Assembly (NCBI GenBank): GCA_963844965.1
Contig: CAWJQC010000007.1
Coordinates: 256,001-320,000 of the forward strand
DNA length: 64,000 nt
Origin: an uncultured bacterium
GTDB lineage: Bacteria > Patescibacteriota > Minisyncoccia > UBA6257 > 2-01-FULL-56-20
Reading direction: 5' to 3'
Positions 46,997-59,063 of this stretch are shown in pieces. Numbering within the stretch: the first letter of the stretch is position 1; each line of letters begins with the position of its first letter. Made by a program: the position numbers and the translations under genes. Under the pieces are notes generated by a model. It was not told where the DNA came from. It searched no databases and saw only the letters and a list, made by a program, of their open reading frames with translations.

Positions 46997-47957
46997 CTAA
47001 CAGAACGTATCTCGCGACCGACAGCAACCGTAGTAGACGTACTTGGTCGTCGTACCGTCTTTAAGCTTCTTGAATTTCTCCTGTGCGCTAATGGTCGACC
47101 CGCAGAGGCCGCAGGTGAATAGTTTCGTAAAGGCGAATTCCTTGACCTCAGCATTTCTGAAAAGACTATCTTGCTTTAGTTGTTCCTGGGTTGCTTCGAA
47201 TATTTCTCTTGTGATGAGTGCCTGATGTTTCCCGGTGTACCAGTTACCGCTCCCTACGGGGTATTCGAATACACCGTAATAAAAGGTGTTTTGGAGCAGC
47301 CGATAAAGATTGCCCAGTGCCAGATGTTTGTTGCCTGAATTTGTTCGGAAATTAACTTCAAATTTGAGCCAATGAAATAGCTTCCTGCCGCTCCAGCCAT
47401 TGGCCACCTTCTCAAACATCTGTTTAACGACCGGGGCGCGTGCGGGGTCGATTATGACGCTACCTTTACGATCGACACGTTTCTCGGTCAGATATCCAGT
47501 AGGAGCCTGCGCGGGCCACAGCCCCATTTCGCAGCGCATCCGCAGTCCTCGCTTCACGTTTACACTCTTATTGTCGTTTTCAAGCTTCGCCTGAGAGCAT
47601 AGGATCATTAGCAAGAACTTTTCGTTCGGTGAGTTGGCAAATCTTTGTCCGTAAGTTCGGATCTCATGAGTAACTTCTGATCCATGAGATCCACGAGGAT
47701 CTGAGGTCGCCCGCGTTCCTACTTAACCGATCCGGTGCCCATGTGAGAATTCCTGTATATCGGCCGCTTCTAATATCCTTCAAAATTTCCAGAAACACCG
47801 ACCGCTCGCCTGAGCTTTTTGCCGAGTGGGATTCCCGCCGGATGTCGACAATTTCCAATGCTTCGCGTTCGGCGATAAGAAGCATCTCCTTAATTTGCGA
47901 ATCAATGGAGAGAATCTGTTTTTCTTCCGACTCAGTGCTCTTTCTCGCATAAAGCAC
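46997..47957 (-). pseudogene. Decayed large serine recombinase (frameshifted, C-terminally truncated)
   Basis: ORF 47664..47957 is the resolvase N-terminus (YARKSTE...SIDSQ); ORF 46997..47614 is the recombinase domain plus zinc ribbon; about 65 percent identical to the intact copy at 57135. Confidence 0.65.
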
Positions 47958-48151
47958 GTATTTGACCTTTACCTCGGGCGGGATTGTTGTAGGGTCCCGC
48001 TCCCTGCGCCCCCGTGGTTTGGGTGGTCATACCACAATGGATGACGCAACCTCGCCAGAGAGTCCAGACCCCCTGAAAGACCCCAAAAGCCCTACCTAAG
48101 GCGAGCGCTAAATCGCTATAAAAATCGTCTAAATTAAGCTAAAATGGTGCT

Positions 48152-50943
48152 ATGGCACTGAGCTGGAACGAATTCGATCACGAGCTACTGGCTTCGCAAA
48201 AGAGTATGAATCGGCGAAACGCCGAGATACAAGATTACGCCGATTTTTCGACAGATTTTTTTAATATCTTTGGCGTCCGGCGTCGTTCGGTTTCTATCTA
48301 TCAAAAAGCGGTCCAAAAGATAAATGGCAACACGGGATTTATTAATCTTTTTTGGCCGAGTGTATTGCTCGTTGAACATAAGTCGAAAGGAGAAAACCTC
48401 GACAGCGCCTTTCTCCAGGCAAGCGATTACATCTTAGGACTCCCCGAGGAGGAAAGGCCCCGCTACGTAATTGTCTCTGATTTTGAGCAATTCGTTTATA
48501 TGATCTCGAAACGGAAAGTGAAAAAACTGAAATTCACGATATCGCGTTATCAAAACTCGCGTCGCATATACGCCTCTTTGGATTTATAGCTGGCTATAAA
48601 GTACGTAAATATAAAGAGGAAGACCCCGTCAATAAAAAGGCGGTGCGTTTGGTCGTGCAGCTATATCAGGCGCTGTCCGATGGAAATTACCCGAAGGAAT
48701 ATCTCGCGCGTCTTATGGTCCGTTTCGTGTTTCTCTTTCTTCGCAGACGATGCGGGTATTTTCCCAAAACGTGATATTTTCCGTGATTATATGCTTTATC
48801 TCACCAAGGAAAATGGTGAGGATCTCGGTGGGCACTACATCAAATTTTCGAGATTTTGAATACCCGGAGGATAAGCGCCAGCAGGCCCTTTCTGACGATC
48901 TAAAAGACTTTCCCGTATGTGAATGGGACTCTTTTTAAGGATCCCTTACCGCTGCCGTTTTTCAATAAGGAAATGCGGAGCGAAATTATCCGCGCAGCGC
49001 AATTCGATTGGGGCGCTGTGTCGCCTGCGATCTTCGGTTCGATGTTCCAATTCGTGATGGATGTTGAGGACAACGATATACGGCACGACTTTGGGGCGCA
49101 TTATACTTCAGAAAAAAATATCTTGAAGGTTGTGGACGGCCTCTTTTTGGACGATATAAAAAATGATCTTGAGGCCGCGGGTCAGAATCGGGCAAAACTG
49201 AATGCTCTGTGGGAAAAGATCGCCGAGATGCGGCTTCTCGACCCCGCCTGTGGTTGTGGGAACTTCCTTGTCGTTGCCTATCGAGAACTCAGGGTTGTCG
49301 AGCTTGAAATCATCACACGCCTGTTTCGAGATGAGTTAAAGCGGCTAGAGCAACCAACGCTTGGTATCAAAACCGATGTCTCAAAAATCTCTAAGCTTAC
49401 TCTCGAGCACATGTTTGGCATAGAGATTCTTTCGTTCCCGGCGGAGATCGCCCGTCTATCGTTGTGGCTCATTGATCATCAGATGAACGTTATGCTTGGA
49501 AGTCTATTCGGGGAATATTTCGCGAAGCTTCCTCTTAAAGAGCAACCCCATATTTTTCACGGAGATGCGCTTGCTGTTGATTGGGCGCGACTTGCGCCAC
49601 AAGGAGATAATTTTTCTTATATCCTTGGCAATCCACCCTTCATCGCGAAGCAAGATAAAGTCCTGATCAAAAAGCTGATATGCATAGAATATTTGGCGAC
49701 TTGAAAGGCGCGGGCGAATTAGATTATGTAACGGCATGGTATGCAAAGGCGGCCGATTTCATTCAAGGGACCGGAATCCATTGCGCCTTTGTTTCAACCA
49801 ACTCGATTACCCAGGGAGAACAAGCTGGAATTTTATGGCCACTATTGCTCCAGAAAGGAGTCCATATCAATTTCGCGCACAGAAACATTTCGTTGGACAA
49901 ATGAAGCCCCTGGGCGAGCTGGTGTGCATTGTGTCATCGTCGGTTTCTCGCTTGAAAAATCGGCTAAGCCGCTTTTATGGGACTACGACGATCCAGCCGG
50001 AAATCCCCATCTTGTAAAAGCAAAAAACATTAATCCATATCTTGTCGATGCTGATGATATTGTCGTTTTACCCCGACGGAAGCCGCTCGCCGATGTCCCG
50101 GAAGCGCAATTCGGGAGCATGCCGAACGACAGCGGATTTTTACTCTTTGATGACGGGGCCAAAAAGGAAGAGTTTTTACTTCAGGAGCCGGGAGCTGAAA
50201 AGTTTATCCGCCCGCTCCTTTCCGCAAAGGAATATCTAAATGGATCTCTGCGATATTGTTTGTGGCTTAAAGAGGCAACACCTCAAGAATTGCGTTCAAT
50301 GCCGTACCTCATGCGTCGCGTTGAAGCCGTACGAACGTATCGCGATCTTTCTTCCCGAGCGGCAACTCGCAAACTTGCCCGAACACCCTACCTTTTTGGA
50401 GAAGATCGACAACCAGAAGGTAATTACGTTCTGATCCCTCGGGTGAGTTCTGAAAGGAGGAGATACATTCCATTTTCGTTTTTTGGGCCGGAGTATATCG
50501 CTGGTGATACCTGTATCATAGTTCCAAATGCCGCTCCTTATCATTTTGGCGTCCTCCAATCCGTAATGCATATGACATGGATGCGTGCAGTGTGTGGACG
50601 CCTCGAATCTCGATATCGCTATTCAAACGAATTAGTTTATAACAATTTTCCGTGGCCGAAGGATGTTTCTAATGAACAACGGGCGTCGATAGAAAAAGCG
50701 GTGCAAAATTTATTGGACGTTCGCAAGGGATGTCGCGGAACACTTGCGGATCTGTACGATCCAAACGTGATGCCGCGAGAGCTTCTCGAAGCCCATTCGG
50801 CACTCGATAAAGCAGTCGATAACGCCTATGGCATGTTCCGTGGCTTCCCCTCGGAAGCTGAGCGATTGAAATTTCTGTTTAAATTGTATGAAGACTACCT
50901 CCGTGCGGAGCCTACCCAATTCGAGCGTAAGGTTAAGAAATGA
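48152..50943 (+). pseudogene. MmeI-family Type IIL restriction-modification enzyme gene (nuclease, gamma-class N6-adenine MTase, TRD) broken by at least 5 frameshifts
   Basis: Family signatures read across frames: N-terminal PD-ExK region LLVEHKSKG; linker motif LFGFIAGYKVRKYKEEDPVNKKA; FPYVNGTLF; HYTSEKNILK; LDPACGCGNFL (motif I); ILGNPPFIAKQ (motif IV); C-terminal TLADLYDPNVMP...LDKAVDNAYG...ERLKFLFKLYE. Confidence 0.65.
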
Positions 50944-50964
50944 CGGCACCAAATTCAAAAAATA

Positions 50965-53830
50965 ATGGAGTACGTCATCCTCGATATCGAAACTACTGGC
51001 CTAGATAAGGAACATTCTTCTATTATCGAGATAGCTGCTATCCTCGTAGAAAAAGGAGGTGTCAAAAATAGTTATAGCTCTTTTGTTCATTATGATGGCG
51101 TTCTCTCGGAAACCGTAAAGCGGCTAACTGGCATCCAAGAAGAAGATACTCAAAAAAGCTCCACTAATAGCTGCTGTCATTTCTGAGTTGAAAAATTTTA
51201 TTCAGAAGCGACCCGTTGTTGCTCATAATGGATATTCCTTCGATTTCTTTTTTCTTGAACGGGAGGGGCTGAAACTGGAAGAAAAATATGACTCTATGGA
51301 ATTTGCCTTTTTTGTCATGCCCACGAACGCTCCTGGCCATTCGATCCCTGCGCTCGCGGAACAATTTAAGTTAGGCGAAGCTCCGCATCGGGCGCTCGGG
51401 GATTGCAAGCTCGAACTCACAATAATCAATCGTCTTCAAAAGGAATATGGAAAGAGAAAGAAATCAAAACGAGAAGTTCTTGCTCATGCCGCAGGAACGA
51501 CAGGATGGTGGTGGTCCAATTTCCTCTCGGGAGAGAAAGCTCCTACTGATCGAATTTCAAGCCTCATTGAGGCTTATGAGCCATACCGCAAAGAATATCG
51601 CGGGGCAGAAATGCTGGGATTTCAAACAGAAGTGATCGATATTGCAGAGGTTGAAAAATATTTTCAACCAGCGGTAAAAGCGGGCGAGAAAAACGGAGAG
51701 GATGATTACTCGGAAGATCGACCCGAACAACGAGAGATGGCGAAAATGGTAGCCACGGCGTTTAACAAGCATAAGCATGCGGTCATAGAAGCCGGTACAG
51801 GCACCGGAAAATCAAAAGCATATCTCGTGCCGTCGCTCCTTTTTGGACTCAAGAACCGCATACCGATGATCATATCGACCCATACCAAAGCACTCCAAGA
51901 TCAGTTATCCCTCAAAGAAATACCGCACATAAAGAATCTCATTCGGCCCGATCTGCGCGTTGCTGTTCTCAAGGGAAAACAAAATTACGTCTGCTTGGCA
52001 AAATTCGAGATTTTTGCCGAAGAAACTGTGAAGGAGCTTTCGCAACGATCCTTGTATGAGTTTGGTGAATCGGAAACTCGGTATTCAACACGCCTCGCTT
52101 ATTTATTGCTCTTCTCGTGGATTCTTGAAGCTGAGTATGGCGATTGGGACGAGCTGCCATACTGGATCAAAGAGCGGATTCCCAAATATATACAAGCCGA
52201 AATCTGCAATATCGATGAGCTTTGCGGCAATGGGACTTGCGACATCTATGACGCAGAAAAATGTTTCCTTGCTAAGGCCAGGCTTCGCGCACGTGATGCC
52301 GATCTTGTGATTGTAAATCACGCGCTTGCTCTTATGGGCATCATTATTGAGGATAAGACTCCCGAAATACCCAGTGAGCCAGGCGTCGATGTGCCTCCGA
52401 GTAAAATGTATAGTCATACGGTCTTTCCTAACGAGTCGAAATTCATCGTATTCGACGAGGCCCAACATCTTGAGGACGACGCAACTTCGGCATGGGAGCA
52501 TGTGCTCTCCCAGAGTTTCCTACAACTAATTCTCCAGCAACTTTATGGTAAGCGAGGCGTCCAGCAGCTTGTAAAATCTATCGCCAGCAAAAAAACTGAT
52601 GAACGACTCACGCGGCTTGCAGCAAATTTTGAGAGTGGCGAAGGCAACATAAAAATCGGCGTCGAGGCGCTTTTTAAAAATATCTTACCGCACCTCGTTT
52701 CCGAAAGTGATACACGGGAAACTTATACTATGCTCGATGAAATTCCCGATACCTCTCCGGAGCGGAAAGCGCTATTCTCTGAGCTACGGAGCTTGCGGCA
52801 ACGATTTCTTGATATTGCAAGAATATTAAGTGAATTTTCGGAAGAAACCGAAGTTCCAAGGATGCGCAAAACCCTTTCCGTCCGCTACAACACTCTTCAA
52901 CGGATCGTGCGCTCATTCGATGCCATTCTAGAAAACGATAACGTATATGTGAGATACCTCCAGCGATTCGGTTCAAGCGTTGAAATTAAAGCTGCTCCAC
53001 TCTCGGTCGGTCCATACCTGAAAGATTATGTCTACGATAATTTTGCTTCGGTAGTTATGACCTCGGCGACACTCACTGTCGGCAAACGGTTCAATTTCTT
53101 CGCGAGCCGCTGTGGGACATTATTAGTCGACAAAGAAAAGATTGGGTACAGACTTTTCCATTCCTCCTTCAACTACGAGAAGCAAGTTAAATTTTTTGTT
53201 CCGAAAGGAATTAACTATAAAGAAGATCGCGAAACCCATCTTGCGAAAAGCACTGAGTTTCTTAAAAAAGCGATTGTCGCCTCCGGCGGAGGCGCGCTCG
53301 TGCTTTGCTCAAGCCACGATCAGGTCGGAGAACTTTACCAAGGGCTCTCAAAGACACTTTCTGAAAACAATATTTGGCTTCTCCGGCAGCAGAAAGGCAT
53401 ATCAGTAAGCTCCGTCATCAGAGATTTTAGAAGGGACGTCGATTCGGTGCTTATTGGCACCGAGACCCTCTGGCAGGGCATCGATGTTCCCGGGGAATCG
53501 CTCCGCAGCCTTTTTATTTATAAGATTCCATATCGAATGCCTGGCCTTCCTCTCATCAAAGCCCGCCGGAAAGAGATTGAAGATAACGAGCGGGATAGCT
53601 TTGCCGAATATTATGAACCGCTTGCCGCTCTAATTCTCAAGCAGGGATTCGGGCGGTTGATCCGCAAATCCACTGACATCGGTATCGCCGTACTTCTCGA
53701 TGAAAACTTTCTTAAAAAGCCGAGCCTTATGAACTCCCTTCCGGAAGGCGTCCACCCTCAAGCTGCCGAGCCGGAAGCTATTTGCGAAGAACTTCATAAA
53801 TTACACTTGTTGCGACTGAAGGAGAGTTAG
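50965..53830 (+). CDS. dinG: DinG-family ATP-dependent helicase with an N-terminal DnaQ-like 3'-5' exonuclease domain; frameshift at about 51150
   Basis: Exo I ILDIETTGL, Exo II VAHNGYSFDFFFL, Exo III HRALGDCK; helicase Walker A AGTGTGKS and DEAH-like VFDEAQHL; the N-terminal 73-aa ORF and the 880-aa ORF join across an A6 run. Confidence 0.75.
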
Positions 53831-53862
53831 CCACAAGCCAGAAAATCAGCTATGCTTTTTCA

Positions 53863-54333
53863 ATGGACGCAACATTCGTAAAAGACCTCATCAAGGGGAA
53901 GATTGCCGAAATTATATTCGAGCAGATGTTTCGTGAGTCCGGCGAGTATACAATTCTCCATTCTGGCTATGAATATACCCTGCCCGAACTCGCGCAGTAT
54001 CAACATCTCACCGAGATAAAAGCAGTGATTGAGAACATAAGGAATGCGCCAGATTTCGTTTTAATTTCGCAAGATAAAAAACGGGTTTATCTCGTGGAGG
54101 TGAAATATCGGCGCAACCGCAATCCGCGCGAGCTAAAAAAAATTTGTGAAAATACCCTTCAGATCTGGAATCCTTCGTGGCTTTTTGTAGCATCTCCTGA
54201 TGGATTTTTCTTTGAGCCCTGCAACGATGTGGTCAACAAAAATGATGGGCAGATTGGACCCCTCTACGATAAGTGGGTAAAAAACGATGTTCAATCGGAA
54301 TATCTGAAACTCCTGAATCAGTTTGAGCTTTAA
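53863..54333 (+). CDS. Small PD-(D/E)XK nuclease-fold protein
   Basis: E..PDFVL...YLVEVKYR pattern (E, PD, ExK); 156 aa. Confidence 0.4.
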   Translation: MDATFVKDLIKGKIAEIIFEQMFRESGEYTILHSGYEYTLPELAQYQHLTEIKAVIENIRNAPDFVLISQDKKRVYLVEVKYRRNRNPRELKKICENTLQIWNPSWLFVASPDGFFFEPCNDVVNKNDGQIGPLYDKWVKNDVQSEYLKLLNQFEL

Positions 54334-54340
54334 ATTGAGA

Positions 54341-55841
54341 TTAACCAATCTCTTTTTCCAAGTTCTCCAATATGCGTACCATCGCCATCGTGTCGAGGCC
54401 ACAATAGAGCAGCATGTCCCGCTTGAGTTTTTCCTTTTCAGCTAGTGGCGTCTTGGAATCCGTAAGCCGCGGCCAGCTGACAGACGCCGTGCTCCCTTCC
54501 TGAATGGCGAGATTCTGATACGAAAGTTCGGGCACGAGGACCGGGAGAATCGCCTTGATGGACGCGCTCCCATGGAAACCTTGCATCCACGAACATCTTT
54601 TTCTTAAATATAAGCATCAGGTCGTAGACGCGGTTGTTCACCGCCTCCATGAAATCGGCATATTCTGGATATTGCTCTCCGATCTCCTTATTCCTTGGCA
54701 CTTCGAATGGAGCGAACCATACGATGACAGTTCCTTTCGTGCCGATATCCGTTTTGAGTTGCGCCACCATCTCCGGAATGGGATTTGCGTCCTTCACCGC
54801 CAAAAACTCCTTTTGCTCCGCCTCGGCCTTGGGCGTTTTCTTAATGTGAAGTGAGTATTGAAAAACTATCTTCTGCCACGGACGCGTGCCGTCATAGGGT
54901 GGTATGGGTGAGGCAAACGTTTCATAATCCAAAAAGTAGATTGGGTAAACGAGCGCCGCGAGTTCCTTTTTTATCATCGCGGCATCCATCGTTTTTTCCA
55001 CTGGCGTATACCCAAGGCCACGCAGAAATACCGCAGAGAGCGAATTCGCGTCAAGAGTTCCTTTTTTCAACAAGCTGAGGGTGAAGGCTGGTGGCCAGTT
55101 CTTGACATCCAATTTTTTTGCCGGGGCCTTGGAGAGGTAAAATTCCAAGTGGTCGCACGAACCAGTCTTCGACTTGCACGAAAGGATAACGCGATTGTCC
55201 GGGAAGTCCTCGATGGCGAGGAGGGCGAGGGAATCTGCTATGCTTGTTTTAATCTCAGGCACAAGATCACGCGCCTCATCAGTCACATCCTCAGTTATAA
55301 AAAACTTCTTGGGCTCTACGTTCCCTTTCCGTACATATTCATTGTTTACATGAATAATGAAAGTTTTCCCCACTTTGATGCCAGCTTCTTCAAAACAAAT
55401 GAGCTGGAACGCAACATCGCGTAAGTCCTCCGGCCGAACCTTTGTTGCACTCTTCACCTCGCGGATATCGTAAGCATCCGCCGTTTGATCATAGGTCACA
55501 ATATCTGCGCGGCAGGTCAATCCGGTCTTTGTGACGACGGTCGGCTGGAAAATAACTTTTTGTTTTTCGTCAAAGAGTGTTTTGCTTTTGCGCCAACCTT
55601 CCTCGTTAAAATCAAAAAGTTCTATGCCATCCTTATAGAGCTGCTTTGCGAGTATATCCACCTTTTCACCTTCCTGTTGATGGAAGATCTCTGATGCCGA
55701 GGGAAGCGGCATAAGATGTTTGCCTTTTCTCGCCATCCAAAGGTAACAACCGCATTCGAGAAAGTTCTTGTAGTCGGTCTTCGTGAACAGTTTAGCCATA
55801 GTTAGTTCTTCATTTCTATCACGTTGAGCAGCTTTTCGCAA
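54341..55841 (-). CDS. DUF2779-family protein (Cas4/RecB-like nuclease N-terminus plus DUF2779 C-terminus); frameshift near 54600 in an A-run
   Basis: N-terminus LFTKTDYKNFLECGCYLWM; YFLDYETFASPIPPY; C-terminal piece GSASIKAILPVLVPELSY lies in ORF 54341..54586 in another frame. Confidence 0.55.
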
Positions 55842-56095
55842 AAGATGAAGGGACGTCAGGAACCCTCAAAAAATATTGTCAAACTGGCTCCAAACGTGAT
55901 ACCTTTTAGGTAATTGAATATCAGATAGATCGCCTAAACCACGCATTTTGCATGGCATGGCATTACGCAGAATCTCCCTTCCAGATACCAAACGCCACGT
56001 TTGGCGACTTCTGGAAGGGAGTCACTCCGAAAGGGGTGGGGCCGCAAGGCCCAAGCCAGCGTGGCGTTTTGTGTTCTCTATTTTAAAACAAACCC

Positions 56096-57007
56096 ATGGC
56101 CTTATTCTCCATCTCAAACGGCAGCACGAAGAAAATATCATCCGTGAAAATCGGGCTTGAAAAAGACGTCCAAAAACTCTTCGAGAAAAACCTTGAGGAG
56201 ATTTTGAATATCACATTCCTAGCATCAGAGTATTCAACGAGCTTCGGCGGACGAATCGATACGCTGGGTATGGATCATAACGGAGCGCCAGTGATCATTG
56301 AATATAAGCGGTCGCAAAATGATAGCGTCATCAACCAAGGCCTGTCATACCTCCGATGGCTTCTTGATCACAAAGCGGATTTTGAAGCGCTGGCGCACCG
56401 ATTAAAAATTGAGATTGAAATTGATTGGGCTTCTCCGCGCGTTATCTGCGTGGCCGAGAGTTACAATAAATTTGACCTCGATACCGCCGATCTTCTGCCG
56501 ATGAACATAGAACTGTTACGCTACAAGATTTATGAACAAAACATTCTTCTCGTTGAACCAGAAGTGCAACGCAAAATAAAAATATCCACGTCGGAAGTAT
56601 TCGAGAAAACAACGCGGGAGAGGCACGAGTTTAAAGAACAGATCAAACACACCATCGAAGATCATTTGAAATCAGCAAATCCCGCCATCCGCGATCTTTT
56701 TGCCGCCATGAAAGAGAAAGTTCTTGCGCTTGACGAATCAATCAGCGAGGAGCCGAAAGCGCATTACATTGCCTACAAACTGGTGAATAATTTTGTGGAT
56801 GTTGCGGTGCAAAAGGACGCCTTAAAAATTTTCCTCAACATCACGAGCGGCGCGTTAAATGATCCGACATCTCTGGCCCGCGACCTTACTAAGCCGAAAC
56901 CCGTTGGCCACTGGGGTAACGGCGACTACGAACTCAAGCTTGATCAACGGGAAAATCTCAATGCTGTGATGGCGCTCATCAAGCAAAGTTACGAATACAA
57001 CAAGTAA
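56096..57007 (+). CDS. NucS/RecB-like PD-(D/E)XK nuclease-fold protein with a C-terminal DUF5655-like domain
   Basis: GRIDTLGMDHNGAPVIIEYKR...QGLSYLRWL pattern; 303 aa. Confidence 0.45.
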   Translation: MALFSISNGSTKKISSVKIGLEKDVQKLFEKNLEEILNITFLASEYSTSFGGRIDTLGMDHNGAPVIIEYKRSQNDSVINQGLSYLRWLLDHKADFEALAHRLKIEIEIDWASPRVICVAESYNKFDLDTADLLPMNIELLRYKIYEQNILLVEPEVQRKIKISTSEVFEKTTRERHEFKEQIKHTIEDHLKSANPAIRDLFAAMKEKVLALDESISEEPKAHYIAYKLVNNFVDVAVQKDALKIFLNITSGALNDPTSLARDLTKPKPVGHWGNGDYELKLDQRENLNAVMALIKQSYEYNK

Positions 57008-57134
57008 AGCCCTTGTTCAGAAATACTGAAAATCCCCGCTGTAAACCAGAGGAGGTTTTCGGTTTCTTTTTCCATCCGCCCTAAAATAGCGCGGCGATTT
57101 TTCGTGTTCAAAAATAAACTAATTTATCATCACT

Positions 57135-59063
57135 ATGGCAAAACGAGGAAGACCGCCGAAAAATCAATTGACGGTCGCGCAACCAAAAACCGAATGTGCT
57201 CCGGACATGAGTAGTCTCAATAAGATGCCGAAGTATTGTTTGTACGCGAGGAAGTCATCGGAGAGCGAAGAACGGCAGGCACTCTCCATCGACTCACAGG
57301 TCAAGGAGATGTATAAGATCGCGGAGCGCGATCATCTCTCGGTCGTTGAAGTACTGACCGAATCACACTCTGCAAAAAGCACCGGATGCCGACCGATCTT
57401 TAACCAGATGGTTATAGGTGTTAAGGATGGCCGCTTTGAGGGCATTCTTACCTGGGCACCGGATCGTCTGAGTCGCAACGCAGGCGACTTGGGCCAGCTG
57501 GTCGATCTTATGGACAACGGCCATCTTGCGGAAATCCGCACGTTCGGGCAGATATTCAAAAATTCGCCCAACGAAAAATTCTTGCTTATGATTCTCTGCT
57601 CACAGGCGAAACTCGAAAATGATAACAAGAGCGAGAACGTGAAGCGAGGTCTCCGTGCTGCCGCCGAGCGAGGATATCGCCCAGGCGTCGCACTTGTGGG
57701 ATACACGAACAGTTATCGCAGGGATCATCCCGGCGAAGTGGTAATTGATAAACTGCGAGCCCCAATCATAAAGCTTATGTTTGAGAAAGCCGCAAATGGA
57801 TGGTCAGCGCGGAAGTTGGTGGTCTGGCTTCGCGGTATCAACTTTACGACGCGCAACGGAACATATCTCTATCTAAGCAGTGTTCATACGCTGTTGCAGA
57901 ACCACTTTTACTACGGCACGTTCGAATACCCTCGGGGCAGCGGCGCATGGCACAAAGGAAATCATAAACCGCTCATTACCAAGGATATGTTCGACCGTGT
58001 TCAAGCGCAGATTGAACGACGGCGCACCTCGCGCCGCTCGGAGCGGAAATCTTTTGGATTCACCCAGCTCATGCATTGCGGCATCTGTGGCTCCGGCGTT
58101 TCCGCCGAAGAAAAATTTAAGAAACTGGTAGACGGTTCACAGGCCCGCTATGTCTACTACGGATGCAATCGTTCCAAGGGGGTGAAGTGTACCAATACTT
58201 ACATCCGTGAGGATTTTCTGGTCCGGCAGTTTGTGAACATCATCGACGAGATATCGCTCGACGAGCTTGGCATACGAAAACTTCTCGGCGAGGAAACTGA
58301 GCGTGTCTTTCGGTTTCACAATGATGTCATGGGCGATCCTAACGCTTCGGAAACTCAAGAGAAAAAAGATATCGACATTAAAACCTACGCTAAATATCTA
58401 CTCGCAAGAGGCAACGCCGAAGAAAAAAGATTACTACTATGCAACATTCAGAACCGACTGATCCTTCGGGATAAAGCCGTATATCTGGAAGAAGTAGGCG
58501 GTCTTACCTGGAAGGACTATATTGGCCATATGAGAAAGTGCGCGAACTGCGGATCAAAAAACGTGAACGAGAGCGGACCGTATGCGAACTGGAAATTCGG
58601 CGATACGCCAATCGACGACACGCCGCGGATCGTGTATTTCGCTTGTCTCGACTGTGAGCAATCGTGGAAGCAGGTCAACGAGAATATCTTGCGATTAATG
58701 CGCGAGTATGTGGTGGTGCCAGAGGGAAACGGGGCGTGGATTAAAACACCTGGCGGCTCGGAGTTTTTCGCGACGCCGTCTTTCGCCGCGCGGTTCAGAG
58801 ACACGGTGGAGATAGACGGCAAAAAAGTGCCACCGAAAAAAATTCTCGGGGAAATGCTGTACTGGCCAGACAGGAACGCTTACGAGACGACGATCGAATA
58901 TGACGACGGAAGCGAACGGACATTTGATATCCCAAGTCTTCGTGGCAGGAACAATACAGAAGAAGGCATGAAGCCGATCAGCAATAAGGATGGTCTTATG
59001 GAGTACAAAGAAGGTAAGATGCAAACTTATTTCGGTCGCGGTCTCCAATATGACGGCCGATAA
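57135..59063 (+). CDS. Large serine recombinase (phage-type serine integrase)
   Basis: Resolvase catalytic domain (LYARKSSESEERQALSIDSQ), recombinase domain, Cys-rich zinc ribbon (CGICG...CNRSKGVKC) and a coiled-coil C-terminal region; 642 aa. Confidence 0.85.
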   Translation: MAKRGRPPKNQLTVAQPKTECAPDMSSLNKMPKYCLYARKSSESEERQALSIDSQVKEMYKIAERDHLSVVEVLTESHSAKSTGCRPIFNQMVIGVKDGRFEGILTWAPDRLSRNAGDLGQLVDLMDNGHLAEIRTFGQIFKNSPNEKFLLMILCSQAKLENDNKSENVKRGLRAAAERGYRPGVALVGYTNSYRRDHPGEVVIDKLRAPIIKLMFEKAANGWSARKLVVWLRGINFTTRNGTYLYLSSVHTLLQNHFYYGTFEYPRGSGAWHKGNHKPLITKDMFDRVQAQIERRRTSRRSERKSFGFTQLMHCGICGSGVSAEEKFKKLVDGSQARYVYYGCNRSKGVKCTNTYIREDFLVRQFVNIIDEISLDELGIRKLLGEETERVFRFHNDVMGDPNASETQEKKDIDIKTYAKYLLARGNAEEKRLLLCNIQNRLILRDKAVYLEEVGGLTWKDYIGHMRKCANCGSKNVNESGPYANWKFGDTPIDDTPRIVYFACLDCEQSWKQVNENILRLMREYVVVPEGNGAWIKTPGGSEFFATPSFAARFRDTVEIDGKKVPPKKILGEMLYWPDRNAYETTIEYDDGSERTFDIPSLRGRNNTEEGMKPISNKDGLMEYKEGKMQTYFGRGLQYDGR

